Of a stretch of DNA of 64,000 bases, positions 1 to 9,044 are shown piece after piece. A model generated the notes under the pieces. The model did no database searches. It was not told where the DNA came from and was given only the letters and a program-made list of their open reading frames with translations. Position 1 is the stretch's first letter. The number at the start of each line of letters is the position of its first letter. Source of the DNA: Candidatus Bathyarchaeota archaeon (GTDB taxonomy: Archaea > Thermoproteota > Bathyarchaeia > Bathyarchaeales > Bathycorpusculaceae); the NCBI GenBank assembly GCA_963782525.1, contig CAWAKC010000012.1:14703-78702 (forward strand), read 5' to 3'. A program made the position numbers and the translations under genes.

Positions 1-82
1 CCATGGGACAGAAGCTAACGCAGAGTGAATTGCATTTTTTGACTTTGCACTTGTCTTCGTTTAATACGGCAATTCGCGTCAT
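1..82 (-). CDS. rli: ABCE1/RLI ribosome recycling ATPase, N-terminal part (runs off the window)
   Basis: Manual translation MTRIAVLNEDKCKVKKCNSLCVSFCPM matches the ABCE1 Fe-S N-terminus (RIAV..D.C..KKC...C..FCP). Confidence 0.85.
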   Translation of the reverse strand, partial: MTRIAVLNEDKCKVKKCNSLCVSFCPM

Positions 83-257
83 GTGTGGCGTCGTTTAATG
101 ATGCCAACAGGATAGTAATAAATGTAAACCTCAAGGAAAAATAAACAAAAAGGAGAAATGGCTTTTTTCATCGGTTCAAGAAAACAACCTCAAAAACTCT
201 GGAATAAATTGAAACTTAAAAGAAAAATAATACAAAAGTGCGGTATAGGCGTTTAGT

Positions 258-329
258 TTACCATTCTTCTTCTTCCCATTCTTCATCTTCGCCTTCTTCC
301 CATTCATCTTCTTCCTCTATGAACATCAT
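258..329 (-). CDS. 23-aa acidic Glu/Trp micropeptide MMFIEEEDEWEEGEDEEWEEEEW
   Basis: Open frame ATG..TAA; SD-like GAGGTGA just upstream; TATA-like CTTAAA near 385; T-rich tract downstream. Confidence 0.6.
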   Translation of the reverse strand: MMFIEEEDEWEEGEDEEWEEEEW

Positions 330-535
330 GTGTTTTTTTCACCTCACGAATAAGTCGTATATGCTACCCTACCCTCGGCAGGGTTTAAGCGTTTAGATTC
401 GTCAACTGACGTTAAAACCGTCCAATGCAATAGGTAGAAACATGGTTTCTGCACCTTTTTTCCTATTAATTTTAGGATTTTCAGCGGTAATTTTTTAAGG
501 AAACGCCAACAAGAATGCTTCAAGAAGGCGATTGG

Positions 536-1128
536 ATGAGAAAAATCTTCAAAATAATCCTTGCAATCTTCGCAGTAGTAGTTGTTATAATAGTAGCGTT
601 CGGAGCAATCATTCAACTAGATGTAGCAGCTATCACGGCTACGGGGTCGCAAACGCTGACGCCAACTGGAACCTCCGTTGGTAAGGCATTAGTAATCTAT
701 GACCCTGGGCTATCAGGGACCGCAAAGGCGTCGCCGACAAAGTCGCCGCTGACCTGCAGGCAAAAAGCTATACTGTCACAGAGGCAGGCGTAAAAAGCCC
801 AGCAGTCGCTAACACCACAGAGTACTCAGTAGTAGTTGTCGGCGGACCCGTTTATGCAGGCGCATTGACCAGCTCAGTGAAAGACTACCTAAACAATCTA
901 TCTGCAGGTCATGCGAGTCCAAGTTACGGACCTTACATTTTTACCAGAGTTGGGGTGTTCGGAAGCGGCCAAGGTGCAACCTCTCAAAACGATATAGATA
1001 TGATCAAAAACTCCGTAACGGCGCTCTCATCAAACGGTACCTTATCGAACGCAATTGTAGTTAAAATCGGGCAGAAAGAAGATCTCAACACAAGAGCCCA
1101 AGACTTCGTAAACCAACTAGTAACTTAA
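536..1128 (+). pseudogene. Membrane-anchored flavodoxin-like protein, one frameshift near 725
   Basis: N-terminal TM helix and VIYDPGLSGTAK; the shifted frame continues GVADKVAADL...VVVGGPVYAG; one A appears missing from an A run. Confidence 0.65.
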
Positions 1129-1217
1129 AAGAGTCTATACCAACTTTACCTTTCTTTTTCAACTTCTCCGTTTTCCTCTAATCAAAATAGATAAATCCGC
1201 ACAGTCAACATTAAAGT

Positions 1218-1281
1218 GGGAATGATGTAAGGCGACGGCTTCGAGCATAAGCTGTGAGAAAACGTCAATCAACACTGACCC
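1218..1281 (+). ncRNA. C/D-box guide sRNA
   Basis: GGG...CCC terminal stem; C box ATGATGT 1222-1228; D' TCGA 1241-1244; C'-like TGTGAGA; D box CTGA 1275-1278; TATA-like AGATAAAT about 25 nt upstream. Confidence 0.7.
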
Positions 1282-1429
1282 GAAAACCTACCCGTATAAC
1301 ATACGGTAACATAGAAAAGAATCAACAGCTAAACTGTGCAAGATGCCAAATCATGGAATAATTTAAAATAACTCCTCTTGTTTATATGAAAGAAAACCAT
1401 TAAGAAAAGACGCAAGGAAGAAAATACAC

Positions 1430-1633
1430 ATGAGCGAAGAAGGCGACACATTCTGGGTATCATTAGCTGAAAGAGTCTTTGGATTAGCACTCATAATAAT
1501 TGGTGCAGTTATGATTTATTTCACAGCAACAAGCTCAAACGTTTTAGGCGGATTTACCTTGTTCTTCGGTGCATTAAGCGCCATTCTATTGATCGTGGGC
1601 ATTGTTCTGCTGCTTGTCAAACCACCAGAATAA
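1430..1633 (+). CDS. Small 2-TM membrane protein
   Basis: Two hydrophobic helices; ATG start; TTTATAT upstream. Confidence 0.7.
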   Translation: MSEEGDTFWVSLAERVFGLALIIIGAVMIYFTATSSNVLGGFTLFFGALSAILLIVGIVLLLVKPPE

Positions 1634-1639
1634 ACTTCT

Positions 1640-1956
1640 TTAGTCTCTTCTTTCAACAACAATTTTGCAGTTAGTAACTAAAGCAGCAATTACACCTAAA
1701 GCCGCCAACCATGGAGCCAAAACAAATCCAACCACACCCACAGTTGCAGGGATTTCAAGCAAAGTTTTACCTGCCTCATCCTTAACTATTACACGTGTCA
1801 CATTTCCTTCATGTAATAATTCGCCGACGCGGTAACCAAGTTTTTACCTGAAACTGTGTATTCTTCCCTTGTAAACATGGGAGCCGCAGCTCCACAAACC
1901 GTACAAAACTTGTCGTTGTTTTTTAGTGGAGCACCACATTTAACACAATATGGCAA
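1640..1956 (-). pseudogene. Zinc-ribbon + DUF4342-like protein, frameshift near 1833
   Basis: TTG start with GGTGA SD; YCVKCG...FCTVCG; the shifted frame gives ELLHEGNVTRVIVKD...LLEIPATVGVVG...PWLAALG. Confidence 0.7.
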
Positions 1957-2251
1957 ACAATCACCAATCCAAAAAAGACAGTAACAGAATAAAATGTTTT
2001 CTACCCGAGCAAAATATACAAAGTGTGGCGCAACAAAAATATACTGAGTATTTTAAGATTTCATTTTAATAAATATTTATTAAGCAGCATTATGTTGGTG
2101 CAAATTTGAAAAGAAGTCAACAGTTGCGCTCTAAATAATTTTGAAGTCAAGAAATGTCTCTAAGACACAAAGGATGCCTAAATTTTAACATAAAAGTTTT
2201 ACACAGTAGAAAAGAAAAAAGAGAAATGAAAGTTTTTTGCCGAGGTGTTAC

Positions 2252-2308
2252 TTACTTTTTCTTTGCCGGGGCTTTCTTTACTTCTTTTTTAACTGGTTTT
2301 TTTGCCAT
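2252..2308 (-). CDS. 18-aa Lys-rich micropeptide MAKKPVKKEVKKAPAKKK
   Basis: Clean ATG..TAA frame; GAGGT SD at 2316-2320; TTATAAAT TATA near 2348-2355; divergent from the histone gene. Confidence 0.65.
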   Translation of the reverse strand: MAKKPVKKEVKKAPAKKK

Positions 2309-2434
2309 TGAAATAACCTCGGGATTCAATGTATGATAGCTATTGGTATTTATAACTTGCTAAATCGAGGAGAAAACAGATAACAAAGCTTAATACTTAC
2401 TTGAAAAGAAAAAGAGACTGTGGATGAAGTTGCT

Positions 2435-2656
2435 ATGAATGAATTAGAAATATCTGTGGCTCCGATGATTAGATTATGCAAGAAAGCGGGAGCAAAAAGG
2501 GTGAGTGGGGAAGCGGCTAAGGAGCTTGCAAGAGTCCTTGATGAGATTGGCGTTAAGATTGCAAAAGAAGCATGGGATTACGCTACATATGCTGGAAGAA
2601 AGACAATTAAAGCGGAAGATATTGAAATCGCTGTTAGAAAAGTAATGGTAAAATAG
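2435..2656 (+). CDS. Archaeal histone (HMf family); alternative GTG start at 2420
   Basis: APM.RL.KKAGA.RVS and AGRKTIKAEDI histone-fold motifs. Confidence 0.95.
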   Translation: MNELEISVAPMIRLCKKAGAKRVSGEAAKELARVLDEIGVKIAKEAWDYATYAGRKTIKAEDIEIAVRKVMVK

Positions 2657-2984
2657 TTACATAATGGCACAAATGCACCTTTTCTTACCTTTCTATGAAG
2701 ATTTGTTTTAAAATCTTATTTGATTTAGGAAAAAGGAAATGAGGGTGACAGCTCCATCGAGTAGAGTGTTTCGAATTTCCCCTGAAATAATAAATCAAAG
2801 AAAATGTGTTGGCATCTTGTCAGTAAATTTTTTAGAAAGGCAGCATTTGAGAATCTAAGATAGAATTATAGCCATACAAGCAATGCCAAGTAAGCGCTTG
2901 CAACATTAATGTTCCTTAAGAAACTCAACGAATGTTAAGGCTTATAAACAAAAAACGCTAAACCACTGAACGGGGCTGAAAAAA

Positions 2985-3206
2985 TTGGTGAATGAAGAGA
3001 ACTTGGTGTCAATAAACATTAGTCGAAAAAATGGGGAAATTCGATATAAAGTAGATTGTTCTAAAAATGTGTCAAGTGATGAGTTAGCGCATTACCTGGA
3101 TGAAATAATTGAGGGCATTTGCACATGGAAACCAGAAGTTTGCGAAGAGACCATTAAAACTATAATTGGAACAATCAAAATAAAGGAAAAAAATCCCCAA
3201 AAATAA
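2985..3206 (+). CDS. Hypothetical protein
   Basis: 73-aa ORF with CTTATAAA TATA upstream. Confidence 0.5.
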   Translation: MVNEENLVSINISRKNGEIRYKVDCSKNVSSDELAHYLDEIIEGICTWKPEVCEETIKTIIGTIKIKEKNPQK

Positions 3207-3436
3207 GGCACATACTTAATTTAAACAAAAAATCAAACGAATTCCTTGGGATACCTTCCTTTCTACAAAAAGACGAAAAATTGAGGATGCTAAAAAATCC
3301 TCTTTTCGAATCATAGCATTATAGACCGGTTTTAATTAAACCAAAGTCAAATGAATACTTTGATACATGAATATTTTAATAATCATCAACCATTACAATC
3401 ATCCAGCTATCAATTGTTACAGGAGAAAAACGGAAA

Positions 3437-5221
3437 ATGCCCACGCGCCAACCAATAGTTTGTGTTTTAGGACATGTAGATGCAGGCAAAACCTCACTGC
3501 TAGATGAGTTACGAAAAACCAATGTGCAGCTTCGTGAAGCTGGAGGAATGACCCAGCACATAGGCGCGAGCTATTTCCCCGTGGAAACTCTAAAACAGCT
3601 AATTGGACCATACATGGTCAACTTTAAAACAGGCATCGAAATCCCAGGGTTACTAATCGTGGATACGCCTGGGCATGAAGCATTCACTAACCTTAGGCGC
3701 AGAGGCGGAAGCGTTGCGGACATCGCAATCCTGGTTGTTAATGCGGTGCGTGGGTTTGAAGCTCAAACCTTCGAATGTATAGATATTCTCAAAGCGCGCA
3801 AAACACCCTTCATCGTAGCGGTAAACCAAATCGACCGCATTCCTGGCTGGAAGCCTCAGCAAGGAGCGCCTTTTATGAAATCTTTTGCTGCCCAGTCAAG
3901 TTTTGTTCAGGACGAAGTAAACAATAGTCTCTACCGAGTTATGGGTGATTTTAGCCGTTTAGGTTTTAAAACTGACCGCTTTGACCATATCCGAGATTTC
4001 ACACAAAACATTGCGTTAGTTCCGACGAGCGCCAAAACTGGTGAGGGCTTATCTGAACTCGTTATGGTGTTAGTCGGATTAACTCAGCAATTCCTTAAAA
4101 AACGCCTGCAGACAACAGATGGCGCTGCAAAAGGCTCCATTTTGGAAGTTAAAGAGGAACCAGGCTTGGGAATGACACTCAATGCGATTGTCTATGACGG
4201 CACTCTTCATCGAGATGATTTGATTGTTGTCGGCGGCAAAAACGGGCCAATTTCGGCACGCGTACGAACGATTCTGGTTCCTAAACCACTCGATGAGATG
4301 CGTGACCCTCGCGACAAATTCACAAGCGTCGACTGTGTCTATGCAAGTGCTGGTGTCAAAATTGTTGCCCCAGACCTGGATGGCGCATTGGCTGGTGCAC
4401 CATTATTTGCTGTTCCTGAAGGTGAAGACGTCTCCAAATACTGCAAGCTCATCACTGAAGAAATTGGTAGAATCAGAATAACTAAGGAAATCGATGGAGT
4501 CATCGTGAAAGCGGACACTTTAGGTTCACTTGAGGCCATGGCTGAAATCTTAAAAGCCAACAATATCCAAGTCCGTATCGCCGACATCGGCGACATCAGC
4601 AAACGCGACGTCATCGAAGCTTCCGTGGTGAAGACGCGTCAACCTTTAGTCGGTGCAATCTTAGCATTCGGTGTAAAAGTATTGCCTGATGCTGAAATTG
4701 AAGCTGAGGCAAATGGAGTTAAAATCTTCAAGGACCCAATCATCTATAACCTAATCGACAACTACTTGGAATGGGCAAAGAATAAGCGAGAAGCTAAAAG
4801 CGAAGAGGAATTTGAAAGACTTGTTAAACCGGGAAAAGTCACTGTGCTGCCCAACTGCATTTTCCGCCGCGCTAAACCATTAGTGGTTGGCGTGGAAGTC
4901 TTAGCGGGCAGACTAAAACCAAAAGTTTCTCTTATGCGCGCAGAAGACAGCTCAGATTTAGGTGAAGTGGATCAGATTCAAGATCAAGGTAAAGCAATCG
5001 GTGAAGCTAAAGCAGGGATGCAGGTGGCGATTTCTATGGATAAACCAATTGCTGGACGCCATGTGTTCGAGAAGGATGTTTTGTATGTTAAGGTCCCTGA
5101 AGCTGATGCAAAAAAACTGTTAACGGCACATATGGATGACTTAACCAGCGAAGAGCAGGATCTGCTTAAAGAGTTCATTGCGTTCATGCGCAAGAAGACC
5201 CTGTTCTGGGCTGGAGTCTAA
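3437..5221 (+). CDS. infB: Translation initiation factor aIF5B (IF-2)
   Basis: GHVDAGKT, EAGGMTQHIGA, DTPGHEAFTNLRRRGGS, KADTLGSLEA. Confidence 0.98.
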   Translation: MPTRQPIVCVLGHVDAGKTSLLDELRKTNVQLREAGGMTQHIGASYFPVETLKQLIGPYMVNFKTGIEIPGLLIVDTPGHEAFTNLRRRGGSVADIAILVVNAVRGFEAQTFECIDILKARKTPFIVAVNQIDRIPGWKPQQGAPFMKSFAAQSSFVQDEVNNSLYRVMGDFSRLGFKTDRFDHIRDFTQNIALVPTSAKTGEGLSELVMVLVGLTQQFLKKRLQTTDGAAKGSILEVKEEPGLGMTLNAIVYDGTLHRDDLIVVGGKNGPISARVRTILVPKPLDEMRDPRDKFTSVDCVYASAGVKIVAPDLDGALAGAPLFAVPEGEDVSKYCKLITEEIGRIRITKEIDGVIVKADTLGSLEAMAEILKANNIQVRIADIGDISKRDVIEASVVKTRQPLVGAILAFGVKVLPDAEIEAEANGVKIFKDPIIYNLIDNYLEWAKNKREAKSEEEFERLVKPGKVTVLPNCIFRRAKPLVVGVEVLAGRLKPKVSLMRAEDSSDLGEVDQIQDQGKAIGEAKAGMQVAISMDKPIAGRHVFEKDVLYVKVPEADAKKLLTAHMDDLTSEEQDLLKEFIAFMRKKTLFWAGV

Positions 5222-5372
5222 AAACATTAGTTGGCTAAGAAAGAGCAAACGCCCTTTCTCCCCCTTCCACAATTTTTTTGTTTATCCGTTGAAAAAGTCA
5301 ATAAACTTTAGTCCATTAGGTTTCTCCGCTGAAATCTATTAGGATTCAAATTTGTTGGCTCTACTAAAAACT

Positions 5373-6422
5373 TCAACCTATCAGTTTCTTTAGAACTGGC
5401 ACTTTTTGGAAGGGAAGAATAATTCCAAGGCAGATAAACAGAGTAACCACTGTTATCAATGGGACCTCGATTATGGAATTCAAGGTGTTTCCGCTGATGG
5501 TGAAGCCCCATAAATAGCCTCTTTGTAATGTTTCAAGGACGATTACGTGAAACAGGAAAATCGCTAGGGTGCTTTTGCTGATTTGCCTTAGTAGCCAATT
5601 AATTTTTGGATGAGGCGCTTCTGCGGGGTTTGCTGGAACATTAAGAGTGTTTAGGAGCAGAAATAGCATGACTGCGGATAAAATCGTTGTTGGGCTAAAG
5701 TAGTCTTGGAAGAAATAAGTTTGCGGACCCCCAACCGTAGCAGCTATCGCGTAGGTTCCAACGGCTGTCAAAACTAATCCGAGAGCCAGCAACCCCAGCA
5801 GAGTTGAACGCTTTAATTTTACCGATAAAAGAAAAACCCCCAGCAAAAAGTATCCTACCCACAGAGGAATCGTTAGAAGGTTACTGTCTATATGGAATGC
5901 TCCAAACAATCCAGGGACAGGTGATATGATTGCTCCAAAGAACCATACACCCAGAAAATACTTGAATGTCTCGCGGTTTACATGAGCTACCACTACTCGT
6001 AGGATTGGTGTAAAAAGATACAGACCCACCAGCATGTAGAGGTACCAGAACTGGTAGTAGGGACCTGACAGAATGCCTTGGGCGATGAAGCTTGAGGTAA
6101 GGGCTATGTTGTCAGCGAAATAGTCCCATGCAAAATAGATGGCGCCCCAAAACAGGAAAGGTAGCCCTATGCGTGCCCAACGTTTCTTGAAGAAAACGCT
6201 CAACGGTTCAGTCTTGGATGGTTGAAGCAGAAGAGCACCCGTCAACATAACAAACAATGGAACTCCCGTTCGCCCCAAGGTTTGGTAAATATTAACTGCC
6301 CACCAACGGTAAATTTCAGCTTGATTCATCACTTGAGGAGCTATTCCCTCGTTGGCTGCGTGGAGCAGAATAACACCTACAATAGCGATAGTGCGAATTA
6401 GGTCCACTGGAATAGCGTGCAA
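5373..6422 (-). CDS. Acyltransferase family 3 (WecH-like) membrane O-acyltransferase
   Basis: DLIRTIAIVGVILLH, VPLFVMLTG, FWYLY; about 10 TM helices. Confidence 0.9.
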   Translation of the reverse strand: MHAIPVDLIRTIAIVGVILLHAANEGIAPQVMNQAEIYRWWAVNIYQTLGRTGVPLFVMLTGALLLQPSKTEPLSVFFKKRWARIGLPFLFWGAIYFAWDYFADNIALTSSFIAQGILSGPYYQFWYLYMLVGLYLFTPILRVVVAHVNRETFKYFLGVWFFGAIISPVPGLFGAFHIDSNLLTIPLWVGYFLLGVFLLSVKLKRSTLLGLLALGLVLTAVGTYAIAATVGGPQTYFFQDYFSPTTILSAVMLFLLLNTLNVPANPAEAPHPKINWLLRQISKSTLAIFLFHVIVLETLQRGYLWGFTISGNTLNSIIEVPLITVVTLFICLGIILPFQKVPVLKKLIG

Positions 6423-6533
6423 TCTCTCTTGAATCAGCTTTTACACCCTTTGCTTGATACCCTCAGAAGGCATTTTACGCTAATAAGATTTAACTTAAAT
6501 TGGAGAATTAAGATACGTTTCTTGATCGAGCAG

Positions 6534-7208
6534 CTAACTGGAGTTTTGTTGGCTTATAACACGGTATATTTCGTTGGCGATTAATTGTGATCCGTCGGGG
6601 TCAGGGTGAACGCCGTCAGGAAAAAACTGGGAACAATTAGAAAGAGCTGAATGCACATCAATTACAGGCGTATTGGTCTGTTGTGCAACCTGGTCTACTC
6701 CAGGAATAGTGTTGGTCTCTAAAAATTCAGCGCTTGGCGTTGATCCATTACAGAAAACTGGCGGGGGCTTAACAAGCCAGATCTTTGGCGGGGTTGAAAG
6801 CGCTTGGAACGCTTCAACCAAGCTCACGTAGCCGGCAACAAAGCTTCCGTTATTTGGAGTAATAATCGCGTTGGCATCGTTTGTTCCCAACATAATTATC
6901 ACTATGTTAGGCTGAAACTGTTTTGCCCTCTGAAACTCGATTTGGTGCATGTATGGGCTTAACGAATCAAGAGAGGCTGCAGTTCCACCAACGCCGAAAT
7001 TATCTACAGTATAGTTTGAGCCAAGCAACATCCACAGGTCATCTGGATAATAAGTTCCTCCAGTAATACTGTCGCCGACACATGCAACTCTAATCTTATC
7101 TGACGAATTATCTTTACTTCCTGACAACATGAAAAACGATGTAGCCCCTGAAAGAGTAACTAGAAGGACTAAACCGATCGCCAACAACGTTAATTTCTTC
7201 TTATTCAT
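6534..7208 (-). CDS. Membrane-anchored SGNH/GDSL hydrolase
   Basis: GDSIT, NFGVGG, LGTND, DGVHP blocks; N-terminal TM helix. Confidence 0.9.
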   Translation of the reverse strand: MNKKKLTLLAIGLVLLVTLSGATSFFMLSGSKDNSSDKIRVACVGDSITGGTYYPDDLWMLLGSNYTVDNFGVGGTAASLDSLSPYMHQIEFQRAKQFQPNIVIIMLGTNDANAIITPNNGSFVAGYVSLVEAFQALSTPPKIWLVKPPPVFCNGSTPSAEFLETNTIPGVDQVAQQTNTPVIDVHSALSNCSQFFPDGVHPDPDGSQLIANEIYRVISQQNSS

Positions 7209-7473
7209 TTTACGCTCTCGCAGTACGTTAAAGCTTAATCTGCTAAAGTAAAATCCCACTATCCATTAAACTTACCGAGAAAACTAAGGATTCTACTTGG
7301 TTAAAGCCTCAACCAGATTTGCGATTTCCAACATTCATTTTCCTTAAAATCAAAACCCTGTAATCTAAAGTTGAGAGCGAGTTTTCACTTAAGGTATTTT
7401 TCGATAAAGCTTTAAATTCTGCAAAAGTCAGAGAAAAGGTGCAAACCAACCCATCAAGAGTTGGTTTTTATTT

Positions 7474-7586
7474 GCCGGGGTATCCTAGCCAGGCAGGGAG
7501 CAAGCCTGGAGATGCACCTTAAAGGGGCACCAATTAGCTTGTGGCCTCTCGGGGCCGCGGGGGTTCAAATCCCCCTCCCGGCGCCA
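7474..7586 (+). tRNA. tRNA-Ser(GGA) with 24-nt intron at 37/38 (7512-7535), CCA encoded
   Basis: Cloverleaf with long variable arm, TTCAAAT T-loop, CAAGC/GCTTG anticodon stem, bulge-helix-bulge-like intron junction. Confidence 0.9.
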
Positions 7587-7904
7587 TTTTACTGGTTGGG
7601 GGTTGTTTTTGAGCTTATTTTGTCTAAAATCTACATATTTTAAGTTATTTTAAATTAGTGATTTGCTTCATTTGAAATCTTGCAAAAGCAGGAGGCGATC
7701 AGTTAATCGATGATTAGAGGAAGCCAAGATAATTTGCATGCAAGCAACTTCTTTGAACCCCTAAACAGGGAAGGGAATAGCACCTCAAGTCAGATGCCCA
7801 TCCCCATACCGAAACTGGGTCAAAACATTTTTTCTTGAATAGGGGCGCGGCGCTCTTATCATAAGGCACAAATGACGTTACATAGAAGAAAATGGGGCGG
7901 GTGC

Positions 7905-9044
7905 TCATGCGTTTTCCGTAGCGGCTTCTACTATTTTCTTGATTTCAGCGTTTAGAGTGTCTGGTAGTCCAAGTATCCCTACGTCCATGAAACCGCGTAT
8001 AATCACAGAAACGGCTTGATCGCGTGACAGTTTTCGCGTCATAAGATAAGTTATTTCTTTTTCTGAGATTTTTCCCACCGCTGCTTCATGCGTTATCTCC
8101 ACACCTTTCTTTTTAGCGATAAGCTCAGGAATAGATTGCATAAACGATTCATTGTCCATCAGTAAGCCGCGGCATTCCAAGTGTCCCTTGCAGTCGTTGC
8201 TGTCGCCTTCTATCATGCCTCGGATGATCATTTTTGAGCCCTCACGAGAAATGGCACGACTAATCATCTCTACCTTGCTTCCCTTTCCAGTCAGAACAGC
8301 CTTTGTTCCAATGTCCAACTGAGAGTTTTTGTATCCGTAGAGAATGCTGTTGAAGCTTGCCCGTGAGTCTTCTCCATTGCAGTATGCTACAGGATACATT
8401 TGAATGTCCTTTACGGGGCGCATGCATACATAGTTCGATACGAATGTTGCTTTGTCAGCTATTTCGGTTGCGCTTCTCGGTCGGACAAGGGTGCTCTCGC
8501 TCCATTGATGAATCATTGTGAAGTTGAGCGTAGCGCCTTTTTTGACGTAAATTTCGGATACGCCTAGGTGCGCCGCGTTTTTAACCGTTGAGTGTTGAAG
8601 GCAACTGGTGATTATGTGTGAGTTTGAACCTTCCTCAGCGATTATGATATTGTGTACTCTTTGTTCAATATTCTTCTGAGTGATCATCATGCATGATTGG
8701 AGCGGAAACGTCACTTCGGCGCCGGGAAGAATCCGCATGAAATAGCCTCCGCTATAGTCCTCAGCCACTTTCTTGGTGAATTCGTCCTTGTTTTTGTCAA
8801 CTATTTTCCACATATAATCGTTAAGCCAAGAGTACTTTTTCAGAGCTGTCTTAATGTCCAGTAGCTCGATTTTTTCTTCGAAAAGCTGGTTTACCTTTGC
8901 TTGGACAGTTGTTTGATCCAAGTGGAAATAAGTGGCTGAACGGTTTTTGTCGTCTGATTCAATGCCAGCTTTTTGCGCCTCTTCAAGAATTTTATGTGGA
9001 ACTTTTGTCAATTCATTTTCTGTTGTCAGTTTTCCAGCCTCCAA
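7905..9044 (-). CDS. sufB: SufB/SufD-family Fe-S assembly scaffold (SmsB-type)
   Basis: FPLQSC, VHNIIIAEEG, GHLECRGL, THEAAVGKI. Confidence 0.9.
   Translation of the reverse strand: MEAGKLTTENELTKVPHKILEEAQKAGIESDDKNRSATYFHLDQTTVQAKVNQLFEEKIELLDIKTALKKYSWLNDYMWKIVDKNKDEFTKKVAEDYSGGYFMRILPGAEVTFPLQSCMMITQKNIEQRVHNIIIAEEGSNSHIITSCLQHSTVKNAAHLGVSEIYVKKGATLNFTMIHQWSESTLVRPRSATEIADKATFVSNYVCMRPVKDIQMYPVAYCNGEDSRASFNSILYGYKNSQLDIGTKAVLTGKGSKVEMISRAISREGSKMIIRGMIEGDSNDCKGHLECRGLLMDNESFMQSIPELIAKKKGVEITHEAAVGKISEKEITYLMTRKLSRDQAVSVIIRGFMDVGILGLPDTLNAEIKKIVEAATENA

Noticed and set aside
2154-2336. 60-aa + strand ORF
   Set aside because: Antisense shadow of the Lys-rich micro-ORF; the SD and TATA signals support the - strand
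7461-7643. 60-aa ORF over tRNA-Ser
   Set aside because: Translation of the tRNA gene; not protein-like
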